Under the pieces are notes generated by a model. The model saw only the letters and a list, made by a program, of their open reading frames with translations. It had not been told where the DNA came from and searched no databases. Position numbers and translations under genes: made by a program. DNA of 64,000 bases, from NCBI RefSeq assembly GCF_964355755.1, contig NC_092677.1:8888101-8952100 (forward strand), written 5' to 3'. Shown here in pieces: positions 23,701 through 37,500 of this stretch (positions are counted from its first letter, which is position 1; every line of letters begins with the position of its first letter). This DNA is from Antedon mediterranea (taxonomy: Eukaryota; Animalia; Echinodermata).

Positions 23701-24372
23701 GATTAAGATGTACAGTCTTGCTCCTAAGTATATAATATAATCAACACCGTTGTTATTTATTTATTAAAATAACAGAGAGGCAGAACGGTTTAGGGATTAA
23801 CATATATATGACTCTCATGATGATTGAACAATTTCAGAATAATTATGGCGATGTCCGCATCCCATAGCTTTTAGGTATGGAACACAAAAAATCAACGTGA
23901 TATCCTAATTTAAAAATTGGGATTGCACTAAGTAGCATCCAGATGAAACAAGAAATACTTTTGACGTAACACTTTTAATTATTGGTATATAATTATATAT
24001 ACTGTAATTTCGGTGTAAAAAAACTGGCAATTTTCAAATGTACGAGTATGAATAATACCTGTCGTTCACACGGAGAGAATTTAGCACCCATGAAAATTAC
24101 CACCGAAAGAGAAACTTATCACAAAATCGGTTAAAATTATTTAATCAAATTTAAACAAACCGATTTGTTTTGTATCTCGCTCACCGAATACCGAATAATA
24201 TGTCAAGTGCAGTGTTATGTAAACACTATAAGGCCTTGTCTTTTGAGGCGTGGGAGTACGATTACTAACACACCATGGAGTAAAGAATAATTAGCTCCTA
24301 AATTTCATTGGAGGAGTGCTGTTTACAGCCCACTTAAATGTGGTAAACGTGTACATACTAAGATACAACCAG

Positions 24373-25354
24373 TTGCTTATTAATGCCATACCTATTGAAT
24401 GGAAAGAATCTATAGCGAGAGACCAATACGATGACGACGAACAAGTGAACACAATTGAGAAATCCTTGTTCCGAAAAGAGAACAAAGGTCAATTTTATTA
24501 TAGGCACTTTGTAAATGAAATAGCTACCAATCCCATTGCAGAGGCAAAATGGGAAGTACTGTTCAATAATGCTGAACTAGATTGGTATGAAGTATGGACA
24601 AATAAAATACACAACTATAAGCACATAAATAGAATTGCACAATTTAATTTTAAATTACTACACAATATTTTACCTTGTAAAAAAAGGCTTAAAGATGGGA
24701 AAATATTAGAAAACAATATATGTGACAGGTGTAAAAAAAGAAATTGAATGTGAATTACATATGCTAGTTGTATGTATGGCTTAAATTTAATGACCTCATA
24801 TTTAAGTGTTTACCAACAGAAGGTACTATCAATTGGTATAAAATAATAACAGCTGGTACACGAAACATAATTGTAAATGAACTTATTTCATTATTCACAT
24901 TTTGCATTTACAAATCATGCATTTTGGACAAATTAGAAAAAACGAAAAAACATAAAGTGATATGGAATTTGTTTTCATCTGAATTGAAATTCTTAATTAC
25001 AAATGAATACGAATGCAATTTTATTAAAGCAGACAAAAAATGGAAAAAATGTAAAAACTAGCATTTTAGAGAACTTACCTTGATTTTATTTCATTCTCTG
25101 TTTTAATATATGCGATATTTTCATGTATCTGTACAGTACAATTTTAAATATACAATATGTATGATGTATCACTAATTATTTTATCAATGGTTCTATTATA
25201 GCTCCATCTGTATAGAGTCTATTTACCTTTATGCCAAATATGTATCTATATCGTTTTAAGAATGATTATTAATTAGAATTATTTATACTATTATACATTT
25301 AAAATGAGAAGAAATTACAATAAAGGTGGGTGATTCCCACGAAAGATAAAAAAA
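24373..25354 (+). mobile_element. 5'-truncated L1/Tx1-type LINE (RT zinc-binding C-terminus, degenerate) with poly(A) and TSD
   Basis: ORFs 24316-24747 and 24768-25061 contain AIPIEWK, QFNFKLLHNILP and CDRC..ELHML. Ends AATAAA + hairpin + poly(A). Imperfect TSD aagatacaaccag (24360-24372) / aagatacatccag (25355-25367). Confidence 0.75.
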
Positions 25355-25730
25355 AAGATACATCCAGCACACATACAGAACCTCTGAATGTGTTGAGTAG
25401 TGCAATTTGTGGCACACTACAATTTTCAAAATACAAAGTCTGCCACTATCAAAACTGAAACTGAATGACTATTACCTATTAAACTGAAACTGAATTAACA
25501 TGTCTATTACCTATTATTAAACTGAAGTTAAATGCAGTTACATGTCTACACAGTAAAATGTATGTAACAAAAGTAAAAACTAAAATGGCCTATAATTAGA
25601 CTACAAACTTTCGCACCTACCTAACTCAGCTGATACGAGTTCATGGTTAACGTGATCACTATTGCAAACATGAATGATCCAGGCCTAAAGTAATATCAAC
25701 AGATTTACACACAAATCGAGTTGTTATTAT

Positions 25731-25852
25731 ATTGATTTAATGGGGCGTTGCATTTGTAATGTATTCACACGTGACTACTAAACCGAATGATATTCTTCCA
25801 CGTAAATATGGAAATTCCTACAGCTTATGTATTAAACGCCAAAAAGGACAGT
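25731..25852. promoter_or_regulatory. Conserved upstream block of sacsin copy A (E-box 25768-25773, kB-like GGAAATTCCT 25810-25819)
   Basis: Shares a 22-nt identical stretch CGAATGATATTCTTCCACGTAA with 47928-47949 and collinear motifs with 6637-6963. Confidence 0.55.
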
Positions 25853-26312
25853 TAAAGTTCTGGAAGCATTTATTGAAATAATGATTGTTACAATAGTATA
25901 GAAATTAGTACAAACATTATATGATAAATATAAAGCAATATAAAGTTGTCTCTAGAGCCAAATATGGACCTACTGGACGTAAAACAAAGACGAGAAAGAA
26001 TTCCGAACAAGTAAAAAAACAGAACATGAAATGTCTGGTAGTGAATTAAATAAAGCTAAACCCCATAACTAAATAATTAGAGGCGAGGAAAGTATAAGTT
26101 AATTCACTGCCATGTGGAATATTTTTTTTGCAAATTCAGTCAGTTTTAATTACTCCATGTGGAAGGATATAGGTTTACATACTATACTCCACTTCCAGCG
26201 GGAAAAATGGCGTAGCCTAAACATTTTATAAATATTATAATATAATATTCTAGAGAAGTCTCAGATATGAGATAAGAGTTTGGATGGAACATATGCAAGA
26301 TAAACTCGTAAA

Positions 26313-26693
26313 TAAAGTAATAAAGTAATTTTTACAAAAATGCAAATAGTGTAAATAAAACAGAAAGAGAAAAAAAAAGGAAAAACACTAAAAAGGAGAG
26401 TAAACAAGAAGCACGGAAAATGCTATACTATACAAGAAACTAGTTATTGAGTTGCTTTTGATTCTATATATGTATTGATATTGTTTCAGTTTATATGTAA
26501 TGTAAATGTATAAATGATCTCTTACAGAGTTTTTTTTTAAAGATGTAAGGGGAAACTTAATATTTATAAATGAAAATATTTATATATTTAAAAAGATAAT
26601 ACACACACATAAAAAAAAATTGTTTATTTATCAAAATGATTATGTTTTGAAATGAAATAAAGGTGAGTAAACCTCACAAAAGAGAGAAAAAAA
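26313..26693 (+). mobile_element. Short L1/Tx1-type LINE 3' end with 16-bp TSD
   Basis: Flanked by AAGATAAACTCGTAAA (26297-26312 and 26694-26709). Ends AATAAAGGTGAG..CTCAC..poly(A), like the element ending at 25354. Confidence 0.7.
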
Positions 26694-28569
26694 AAGATAA
26701 ACTCGTAAACCTCGAAAGGTTTATCCAAATAAAAATGCTAAAATATCATTTTTAGATTTTCTGTAGCATTTAACACGAGTCCAACCTCATTTAATGATTA
26801 ATTATTAAAGGTATGAATAAATCCACGAGTAAACCTTAAATTTAGTGTTAGTGTATCAAAGCAATAAGTTGTAATATGGATGTAACACAACCACCCTTAG
26901 GCCTACTTTTTAAAATAAACTCTCCATTTATTTTATTATTTTCTGTCGATGTTTCCAGCTCAAGGCCTATACTTACAAAAAACACCATGTGTGCCAAAAT
27001 ATTTACCTTGTTACCAATATATAATAAATCAAAATGCGGTCTAGACTTGGTTTAAGCCTACCATTCATAATAATACAAAGAATCAGCCCGGTACACAATT
27101 ATAATATATAGCTGTCTGTATAAAAAGCGTGACTTCCTCCCACGTCAGAATATATCTGAGACCGCTTTAATGTAATAATAATCATCATAAGGAAAATGGG
27201 TCTGTATGGTTGAAAGTTGATAAAATCATGTGTTTTGATCTTACAATTCATAAATACACAAAGCCAGTTATGCCTACGGTTGCCTATGGACGTGCCTCGT
27301 ATGTTCCTCTTTTTCCCTTGCTTTTCTTTCCCACGCAAACCAAAGTTTGTTTAAAACATATGTAGTCTTTACTGTGAAATTACTATTATCGTATCTAACC
27401 CAGGACAACGCGATTTCAGTTTAGTAATTGATAATATTGATATTGATCCACTGGTAACAGAATTTACTTTACTTGTCAACACTCGCAAGCAACCTGGTAA
27501 AACATGTATAAAAATCGCATAATATTTGTTCAAACTGTTCATTTTCACTCTCTCGTTTGAATATTAGTATGAGTATATTATTCTATATATTAAAATAAAA
27601 CAAATGAATTCATGAATTAATTTATGTGATTGTCACAAATTATTATAGCCCTAAACGAACTTTTATTTTCACGCTACAAATAATATTTTTTCACTGCTTC
27701 CTACATACAATACAGAAAAACACAATTGACAATAATAACAAACATACATACATTTTGTATAGAAGAAGTGATCGTTTTATTAATTATATTTAAACAAAAC
27801 ATGATTGAGTTAACTTTGTCTATTGTGATTTCGATTGTCTTTAAAGATCAAAAATTAATTAAACTAATAAGTAATTTGAATATTTACTATATTTCATTAC
27901 ACGCAGTGCCGCATACTGTAATCCGTACATGCCCCAAACCCCAAACACTCCCGAAATTATCTAACATTTTCTATATCTTACCATAAAATATAATCAAATT
28001 TCATTTAATTATTAAACACAATTTTATTAAGTTCTACACGTTTGAATGATGCTATCGTAGTAATTATTATTCATGCATATTTTCAATTTTTTGTTCCGTA
28101 ACACAGATATAATATACCTTCACTACTTGTTGTTTTTCTATAATTTCAAAATTGTTCAATCTATCTACCACAACCACCGTCTCTTAAGTTACATATGAAT
28201 GTTTTTGATGTTATTATACAGTAGTTATAAGTAATGTTTAAGTTCACAAACCTAGAAAGTCATAATAAGTTTGTATTCCAATAGCCTATTTGAAAAAATA
28301 GTGTGTATACCCTTGAGATAATAAAAAAATTCTCAAAAAATGGCCGATAAGGAAGTGATATCCGAAAGGATTTAAGCCTTCATCAATATTCGTACCTTAA
28401 TTGTTGAAAAATATAAGTTCAAATCAATCTATTTTATCAAATTCAATTTATCAAATAAAAAAAATAATACGTTTCTTATTTACTACAAGTTTGTACTTGA
28501 GAAAGCTAATATAATGATTGGTAATAATTCTTAAAACATGCAACTCAACTTTATATCTACTTATTAATA

Positions 28570-31500
28570 TTACTCTCTATTATAGTCAATAAGTTTGTCC
28601 ATCATGTCTATAATTATCTTTGCATTTAAGATACACTTGTCAGCATCCTCTCTGTTGTATATGTTATGCGGTATTTCGTTGCTATAACGACGTGGATAAC
28701 GAGCGGCATTCTGATCTTGGCCGTATGTACATAGCTCATTTACATAGTTACGTAGACCAGATGGACACCTTGGAATATCTTCAACTGTGATTCTCAGCCA
28801 GTTAAGACTATGAGTCATAAAGCCTTTTCCTGTATGTGATAATATAGCAGCTTTTAATGACTTCTCTGCTGCCTGCATACATTTATATGCAACCCATTCG
28901 TAACTAGGATTACTTCCATTATCATTACTGGCTGCCTGGAAGTCGTAGCGAGATTGCCTTTGCCATATGTTAGCTTGGCCTGGCGATGGTGTATATGCAA
29001 AATTACGATAATTAGTCCCGCCACTAAATCCACCAGTAGAAGTATAACTTCTTCTGTAACTTCTAGCTCTTTGATTCCAAGTTCTATAGTGGTGCTGCCA
29101 TTTTCCAGAATCACTTGGATAGTAGCTTCTTTCAGCCGATACTTTGCTCCTAGGAAGCCCCTTTTCTAAATGATCTATTTCATTTATCAGATGCTTAAAA
29201 ACTTCAGTACAAAAGTCTTCATTACCTGGATTTTTATCCGGATGCCATTTTAAGTATAATCGTTTGATTGCTTTTTTTCTTTCAGTATCTTCTAGTTTCC
29301 AAATCTCTTCAAGTTTGTCTGACAATTTGTTCTTAGCATCGTCAAGATTTTCACAGACTGGTGGTGTAGGGTCTTCACTGTCGTGCAAAGGAGCAACATA
29401 AGGCTGTAAGTCTGTGGAATATGTGTCCTTGCGCGATAGCCATTTGTATAGACTAAGTGTGCCCACGGTACTTTCTTTCCCATAGTTAATAACATACATT
29501 ATCTTGAGAGAGCTTCCTGAAGTAATACATGTGATTTTCTGTAATATTTGGGCATACACAAATTCTTCTTCATCTGTTTCATATACAACATACTCCCCAA
29601 CAGTAAACTCATTAAATGGGTCATTGTCTAATGAATCAACTACATCATCTGGTACAGGAGATCCCAGCTTTGGCAGCGCCATTCTATCAGTTTTAATAGC
29701 ATCTAGTGCTTGAATGTTAAGCAAACTTAACGCCTTCTGTATTTTGTTAAGATCAATATTTATCATCTTCAAAACTGCCTTGAAATGTAGCACCCCCGTG
29801 AGGTCACAAATAACCTCTGCCAATGTCATTTGTAAATCAAGTAAGTTACCTGGTTCATCATGATGCCTTATAAAAATTGTCACAGGTTGTTTTCTCTCTA
29901 GGAAGCATTCTGATTCACGATTGCTTTCTTCAATCACTTCGCCCAATTGCTCAAGATGCGTTTCCAAATTGCTGATACATTTAATGGCAAGATGTTCACT
30001 AGATAGAGTTAACAATGTGTTTACAAGAACATTTTCTGTGAGTTCCACTCTCTTTTGGTTAGCCTCATGTTTCAAAATACGACAAATACCTTGACGGAAT
30101 TCCATGGATTGAAGTTGACGTTGAATGCATTGTAGTTGTTCACAAACTCCTTCTTTGGCATAAGAACATTCACTTTGATTAAAACCCATGGTCTCTGTCG
30201 TCTGTTCACTGAATTTAGAAGGTTTTATTTCTGTAGGCATGTTTTCAACATACATAGTTGCAGCACTCTCCAACTCAAATTCTTTGAAGTCGAAGAGAAT
30301 AGTTTTGTCATTTTTCACGTTCATTCTAACCTCAAACATTGGTTTGTCGTAGTACATCAAGGTGCTTGAATCAACGAGTTGATACGCTCGATTAGGAAGG
30401 TACAATGTCTTTATATCTTGCAACCAATCTGGTTCCTTATGATTTTCGAAGATTTTACAAACAACAAACTTTATCATAGACTTCAAATTTGGATTGTCAA
30501 CAAACGGATTTTCGTTTATATCATCCTGAACCATTGTCAAAAGTTCACAACATTGCCAAATAGAAGGTTCATCCTGAGCACCAAGACGGCTGAATAGGTC
30601 CATATATGGGACAAAGGCGTCGGGTATTGCACAGATGTATGGTATAAGTACATGACTTTTCTTCATATATCTCACGGAATATTTCGGAGAGATGAGTAAT
30701 GTATCGTCAGAAGCTAACAGCATGGGAATGTCTTTTAATTCTTCCAGAATGCCATCAGGATTACTTTCTCTGCATTTCTTAGAAAAATATTCATATATTG
30801 TTTGCAATACATCATGTAAAGTTTGTTGGCATGCAGAAGATGTAGCTTCTCCTCCAGTTCTTTTTGAACGGTTATATTTTTCTTTTAGATGGGTGCATAT
30901 ATTTTTAGTATGCTGGAGAACAATTGCAAGTGATGGTATTTCAGACACATTTAATTCTTGAAAATTTGTGGTATGTATTCCATGCCTACGATTAAACGGG
31001 TTAGGAATTACCACTTTGGCGGGAACAGCGTAATCTGGTAAAATGCTTGCACTAGTCCAAACAAGGTGAGTATTTGTCTTAGTTAAGGCACCGTTATATG
31101 ATATACCCACTTTTTCACCTTCTTTAAAACGTTCGTGAAGTTTCAGCAAGTTCTTGTCCAATGAACGTGGCACTAAAAATGTAATGTCGCGTAATTTTCT
31201 TAAGAAAATCCCATCACTCTTCCATTCTTCACTATTATTAATGTACTTCACAAGATCTTTAGATTTCTGTAGACCTACATGTTCCTTAACAGCAATCATT
31301 TCAGCAATTTTCTTTGCAAATTTCAAAATCATATCTTCTTCGGGTTTTGTTTGTAAGCCTAGATCTATCATCAATTCTCTCCAATTGCTCTTATAAAAAG
31401 GATATGGCAAGAACATGTCAGGTTGTAGCATATGTTGGAATATTGTATCTGAATTATCAAAGTAATCACATATACGTTTTAACGGCTGGTCTTTATGAGA

Positions 31501-34500
31501 TATTAGAGGAATGTACTTCAAACCCATGTCACATATCATGGATGACCTTTCTAAGTTATCATGATTAAGTATACATCGTATTCGATCCATGTGTCGAATT
31601 CTTGCTTCATCAGTAAATTTATGGAATTGTGGGAGGATGAACTTTTTGTAGACTTTTGATTCCGTACATTCCGCTAAACCAACAAGTGTATGTAGTTTTT
31701 TTAATGACCTATCATCATTAATAAATTCCGCCTTTGATTCAGATAACCATTTTTCTTTTTCAATTTTGGGAATTCCAGAATGAAGAACAAAGTGCTTTTT
31801 GCTGTTATTTAAAGTAATGCATTCATTGTGAATGGAAAGGTAGCAGGGCAACTTTTTCAAATCACAGACATGCTGTTCATTTATCTGTGATCCACCAACA
31901 AACCGTCCAAAAAACAACAAAATATTGTGTCTGTCTTCATCAGTTAATGAATCAAATGCTCTGTCATTTGCTTCTAACAACCGAACTAAACTTTTCAATA
32001 TTCTCCCAGGTGTACTTCCAGTGGCAATAAATCGTTTGACAAATTCAATAGTAGACCTATCAGAGATAGCTAAAGTGCCAGACCTACAGACATTATGTGT
32101 CCAAAAAGTAGACTCATCTAACACAGGAAGTTCCATCTTGGTAAGAGCATCCCTAAGTGTACCATCGGCTACATTGTTAGGGAGGACTGTGTCTGCTTCA
32201 GAAAACGGCATTAAAAAATTTACCTTCAAAGGTTTTTGGATTCTTACTTGAATAGGAAGGACAGACCAGTTATCCATCAGTTTCCTAATACGAGTGCATT
32301 TGTTGTCATAAGACAAGCAGTCACTAATTTCAAATTCTTCTTTCAAAAAATCCCAGAGTTCTTTAATCCAAGTTTTGTTTGGCACTTCATCACTCTGAGG
32401 ATCCCAAATTACTTTATGATTTGCATTTTGTAGGTTTGAATTAGTATTTAGCCTTTCTACAAGATCGTTAATGCTGAATCTGTTGATTTCAAGTGACTCT
32501 ACTGAGAAGTGACATTGAGCGCGACTGTGTATAAACTCGTTCCAGCATTTTGGAAGTAACTTGTACCTTCTTGACAGGAACGTTTTACTTGTTGTACCAA
32601 ACCTCCGTAATTGTAAGTCTTGCGTGAGCAGCATTGGCATACCGTTTAAGGTAATATTTCCATTTTGTAATTTACCGTACAAATCAATATACTCAAGTAG
32701 TTTAAAGTAATTTTTTTCACCATTAATGCTTGTATTCGCGATGTCACAAGGCAATTCACCTGGAGAGAATTCATGTTTGAGGAAATCCACAACGGAATCC
32801 GGAGAGACTTTCTCGACTGAGTATATTTGGCGTACTCCAGTCTCACTTGGTGACGTTGCTGTAATCAGGCTATTGTAGACATAATCAGGAACAATTGCTA
32901 CTTTGAATCCTATCTGTTGAAGAATAGGAATTGTGTGGTTAAGTATTTGCATCTCAGATTTATCTTCTGTATAAAAGTAAGCTTTTTGTCCAAAGGATCC
33001 AGAAGAAGCGGGGAGCCATGTTAATGAGAAAGAACTTGAAAAGCCAAAAAAACCTTCATTTATAAATCTGACCACCGGAAACATTGACATATGATTGTGA
33101 AGAAAATTGACAAACACGTGTGCAGCCAATTGTTTCCAACCTGTATACACTTCATTTAAATCTGGAAAATAATGCCAATAAAACGCCATCTTCTTGTTCA
33201 TCTCTTCAGAAGAACAAGCCATTATTGATGTACTTTCATTGAAAAGTTCGAAGATTCTATCTCTCAATTGCAGTAAAAGGTGAGAGTAAGATTGAGCAAT
33301 AACCTGGCATTTAACATACTCATTCCATTTATCATTTTGCGAAATATTTGATAAATGTCGCCTACTTGAATCAAGACTGAAATGTCCATTAATACTGACA
33401 GGCATATTGGTATCTATTGGAAGAGGTAGGAAGCAATATGTACGTTGAGTACATGTTGTCGATAAGCATGCTGCTATGCCACCTCGTGGTAAGAGTTTCA
33501 AATTTCCATTCTCGTATGCGGATGATAATAAATCCGGAATCTCGTCAGTCGATCCTATACGTTGATTAATTAACCATACTTGTTTTTCACCAAATATGTC
33601 TGAAATTCTCATTTCATATGTAACCTCTTTCATGACGAGTCCTTTTATGCTAGATTTCTTAGCACAATCCTTTACATAGTTGTGGAACTCCTCTCGTGTT
33701 TTCCTATCTTTTGGTGATAACTCAGCACTCACCCAGTAATCGGTTTTCATTTTATTGTATTTATCAATATGTGAAATTGTAATCTTTGTTAGATTATTTA
33801 AATACAATAACATATGGAACGCTTTTGATTCAAACATTTTAAGCAATTGTTGCATTTTGTTGCTATCGAATATCTCCTTGCTCATTGGTGCCTGATAATT
33901 CAAAGAATTGATGTAATTCCTCATTTTTGTAGTACGTAAAGGAAACCTAAACAAAGTACATCCATGATTTGTTATTGTTTCCAACCGAAAACAAGAGAGA
34001 GCCCCTCGAAATACTTCATTCACTTTTGGTGAAATATTAAACTGGAATCCTGGTGAATCTGCAGTGGCCTGATCAATGAAAGCACAGTGCGGATCAAAAA
34101 TACAAAGCGTGTCGTTATTACTTAAAAATGAAGGGCAATCTGTAAGATGGTATACAGAATTGAACCCTATTCCATATTGACCTGTCTTATCTGGATGCTC
34201 AGATTTTGCACCAGTTCCAAGCTCTTGAATTCCCTTTAAGTCATCTTCTGTGAAAGGTTTGTTGTTGAAAACACACAATGCTGGTCCAAGAGTTTGTTTC
34301 CAGGATTCACAGAATACATTTTTATCTGAATGTTGCCGTTCGTCAAATATAAAATTAATTTCGTCGGCCCCGGCGTCGTCAGAATTCTGTAGCAGCTCTT
34401 TGAATATTGATTCATCACAAGGATACCCCTTCAGTATCTCACCGATTCGATTAGTCAGTTTCTGAACTTGCCCAAACATTGTACCATATTTAAGTTCAAA

Positions 34501-37500
34501 TCCATGCTTTGAAAGTACACTTGTTCTTATATCTTTAATGCCTATATATGCTGCCAATTTGTGGGGAATTCGGTCATGACACAAAATTTCTCCTTCTATG
34601 GCATCATCTGAAGTGTCATGAAGACAAAAGCTCAGTTCATCAACTGGCCTCAACTGCCCATGTTTATCAGGAACTAAAATGCTGCGTACATCCTCGGGTA
34701 CATCTTCATGAAGTTTGCAATCTGCAATACTTTGAACCATGTCAATGGCCACTTGTAAATCATCTCCTTCAAGCGCCTCTTCTTGGTACTTTAATTTCAG
34801 ATTATAGCTTACATCTAACAAGGTAGAATAACAGAAGTCGTCTTCAATGCCTAACAATTTAAAAAGTAGTTCATGCTTTCGAAGTTCAGTTGGTAGCTTG
34901 TAAAGATACGGATGGAATTCTCTTTTGCACTTTAGTGCAACTTTCTCAATCTTCATAAATCTTCCAGAACATAAGACAACCGTTGAATTCTGCAATTCTT
35001 TACGAAGGGTGTCTTCACAATCACGCAGTTTTCCAAGATGTGAATATATATTTGTACACATGCGCAAAACATTAGATTCGTTCTCTACGAGGTGCTCATT
35101 CTTAATTTTGGTTAACTGTTTAAGTTGCTGCGTGACGTCATGACAATATGATAAGCCCATTTCCTTTGCTAGATTAAATATCTGACGTACACTTTCTGCA
35201 TTTTGGCAACATTTAAAAACAAGTTCATCAACGATAGGTTTTACAAAACATACTGAATCTGTGTGGGTGGAAGGATAAATCTGTTGATTGGCACATACAA
35301 AATTTCCCCACTCGGTGAACCATGGAAATTCCTTTGGAAAATCTTTGGGTCTTTCTAAAACTGGCAATATTCGTAAACCTGAAATTTCTTCTTTAAACTC
35401 TTGATCAATTTTCAATCGTTTTTCTTCCAAAAACATCATGAACCATTGTAGTCTCATTATCTTGTGTTGCCTATTATGCTTACTCTTTTCAATAACTTGA
35501 GCTCTATTTAGAAGTTCTGAGAACTCTATATTATTCTTTATCATTCCAAGTTCAACCATAATTTGCATTCGTGTCTCGTCTTGAAAGGACTGACTTGGGA
35601 AACGATTTTCTTCAGGTTCAAACAGTTGTGCTACTTTCCCATCCGGATGTACGACATTTGATATCATTTTCAAATGATTAGTACTGCCGGTTGGAATGCA
35701 CGCTATGGTCGTTAAGAGCATTTTATACAGCGGTCTCTTATAACTGTCAATAACATGCATTGTTAATTTGCTACGAATATCATTTTCAATTTCGCTGATG
35801 TTAGGAAAAAATATTTCCTCGAAAAATCGCTCTTCAGTGTATGTTATTGTATTCAAATAGTCACCACAACCGGCACTTAAAAGTCCCTGGACAACTTTAT
35901 CCGGGATATCTACAACATATTTTCCATGTGAAATGAATTTCTGAAGAACTGTTTTCACATTATCAATAATAGTAGTACTCTGAACATCTGGCTTGTAAAT
36001 TACGATTGAATCAAAATTTAACCATTTATCATCCTTTGAGAATACGCATGGTTTATCTCCAGAACCATCAATTCCATGCACGATAGCCATGTAGAATGCT
36101 TTTAACAGAGGAAAACATTCACTTTGCTGAGGAATCTGTGATTCATCTGGCCAAAGGTCATACATTTGGGCAGTTCCAAAGTATTTCTGTGCTTCTTCGT
36201 GTTTTAATAAGCTTACATAGCTTCTAGTAATGATATCCACAAAAATGGCTTCGTTCCAATCAGATTTTTCGTCCACACCATATTGTGCAACTCTTCTCCA
36301 AAGACTACGCCTATCAGTAGATACCACAAAATTACCATTTATATGACAAGGTACACCACATGCTGGTATTGAAAGTGGTAGAAAGCAGAATATTTCACCT
36401 TGTTTAAGACTATTGTTGACGGGAACCGCTACTCCCCCACAGGGAATTTTAAATCGTGATGTAGACGTATTGTTTAGATTCTTGAATAAATCTAAAGCTT
36501 GTGATTGGCCCATTGCAGTAAACACTAACCAATCTCTGCAATCTTTCGAAGTAATATGATGAAACAGATCAGCTCCCTCTGGTGTTAGACAATGTTCAAC
36601 ACTCACCATTGTTAATGTAGATGGATAGTCAACTATATACTCCTTTTGTGACAGATACTGAGAAGCTTCACGCAATATGCTGTTCTGCATGTCAAACTTA
36701 TTTTCTTCATCTTGATCATCTAGTGAAGCGTTTATCTTTTTCAGGTATTGTTTTGGATATTTTTCGACAGAGAACAGTTTTACAGCTTGCGTTGGCTTTT
36801 GACGAGATCCTAAATGATAAACGGATACCTTCGTTACATGTTGCGTAAACAGAAGTAGTTTCTCCGACGTTTCGTTTACATTTTTCATTAACTGAATAAT
36901 GTCATCTTCATCAAAGTATTTATCACTTATCTGACTTTCAATTCCCATGGCGCGCTGTCTTAATGGCAAACGGAACAATGTTCCATTAAAGTTAACTTTA
37001 TTACTTTGGAAAATATCACATCCAAAAATGTCCTTATACGGTTGGAATTGATCCTTGAATCTCCGTAAAGTAGCTTTACTTCGATTTAGATCAATCCTAA
37101 TGCCAGGGTTACTTTTATCTCTCAGTTGACTATCCAAGTAGTTTGTGTGAGGGTCAAGAAAACCAATCATACCACGAGACAAGAAACTAGGAACGTCTGT
37201 TATATGATAAACAGAATTGAAACCTAAACCGAACGTGCCGATCTGCACCTGATTGTCTTGTTTTGTTCTCCCGCCAATTTTGGTGATATTCTCAAAATCT
37301 GTATCACTGAATGTTGCATCGTTATAAACCCATAATGCAGGACCGTTCCATGCCTTCATGCCTTTATCTAATAGCTTTGATTTGAACTCACTATTTGTGC
37401 GCATATCAATCATAAATTTAACCTCAGTGGCACCTGCATCATCAGCGTTTTGAATCATCTCTTTGGCAATGGAATCTTCAATGTATCCACTGTCAAGAAT

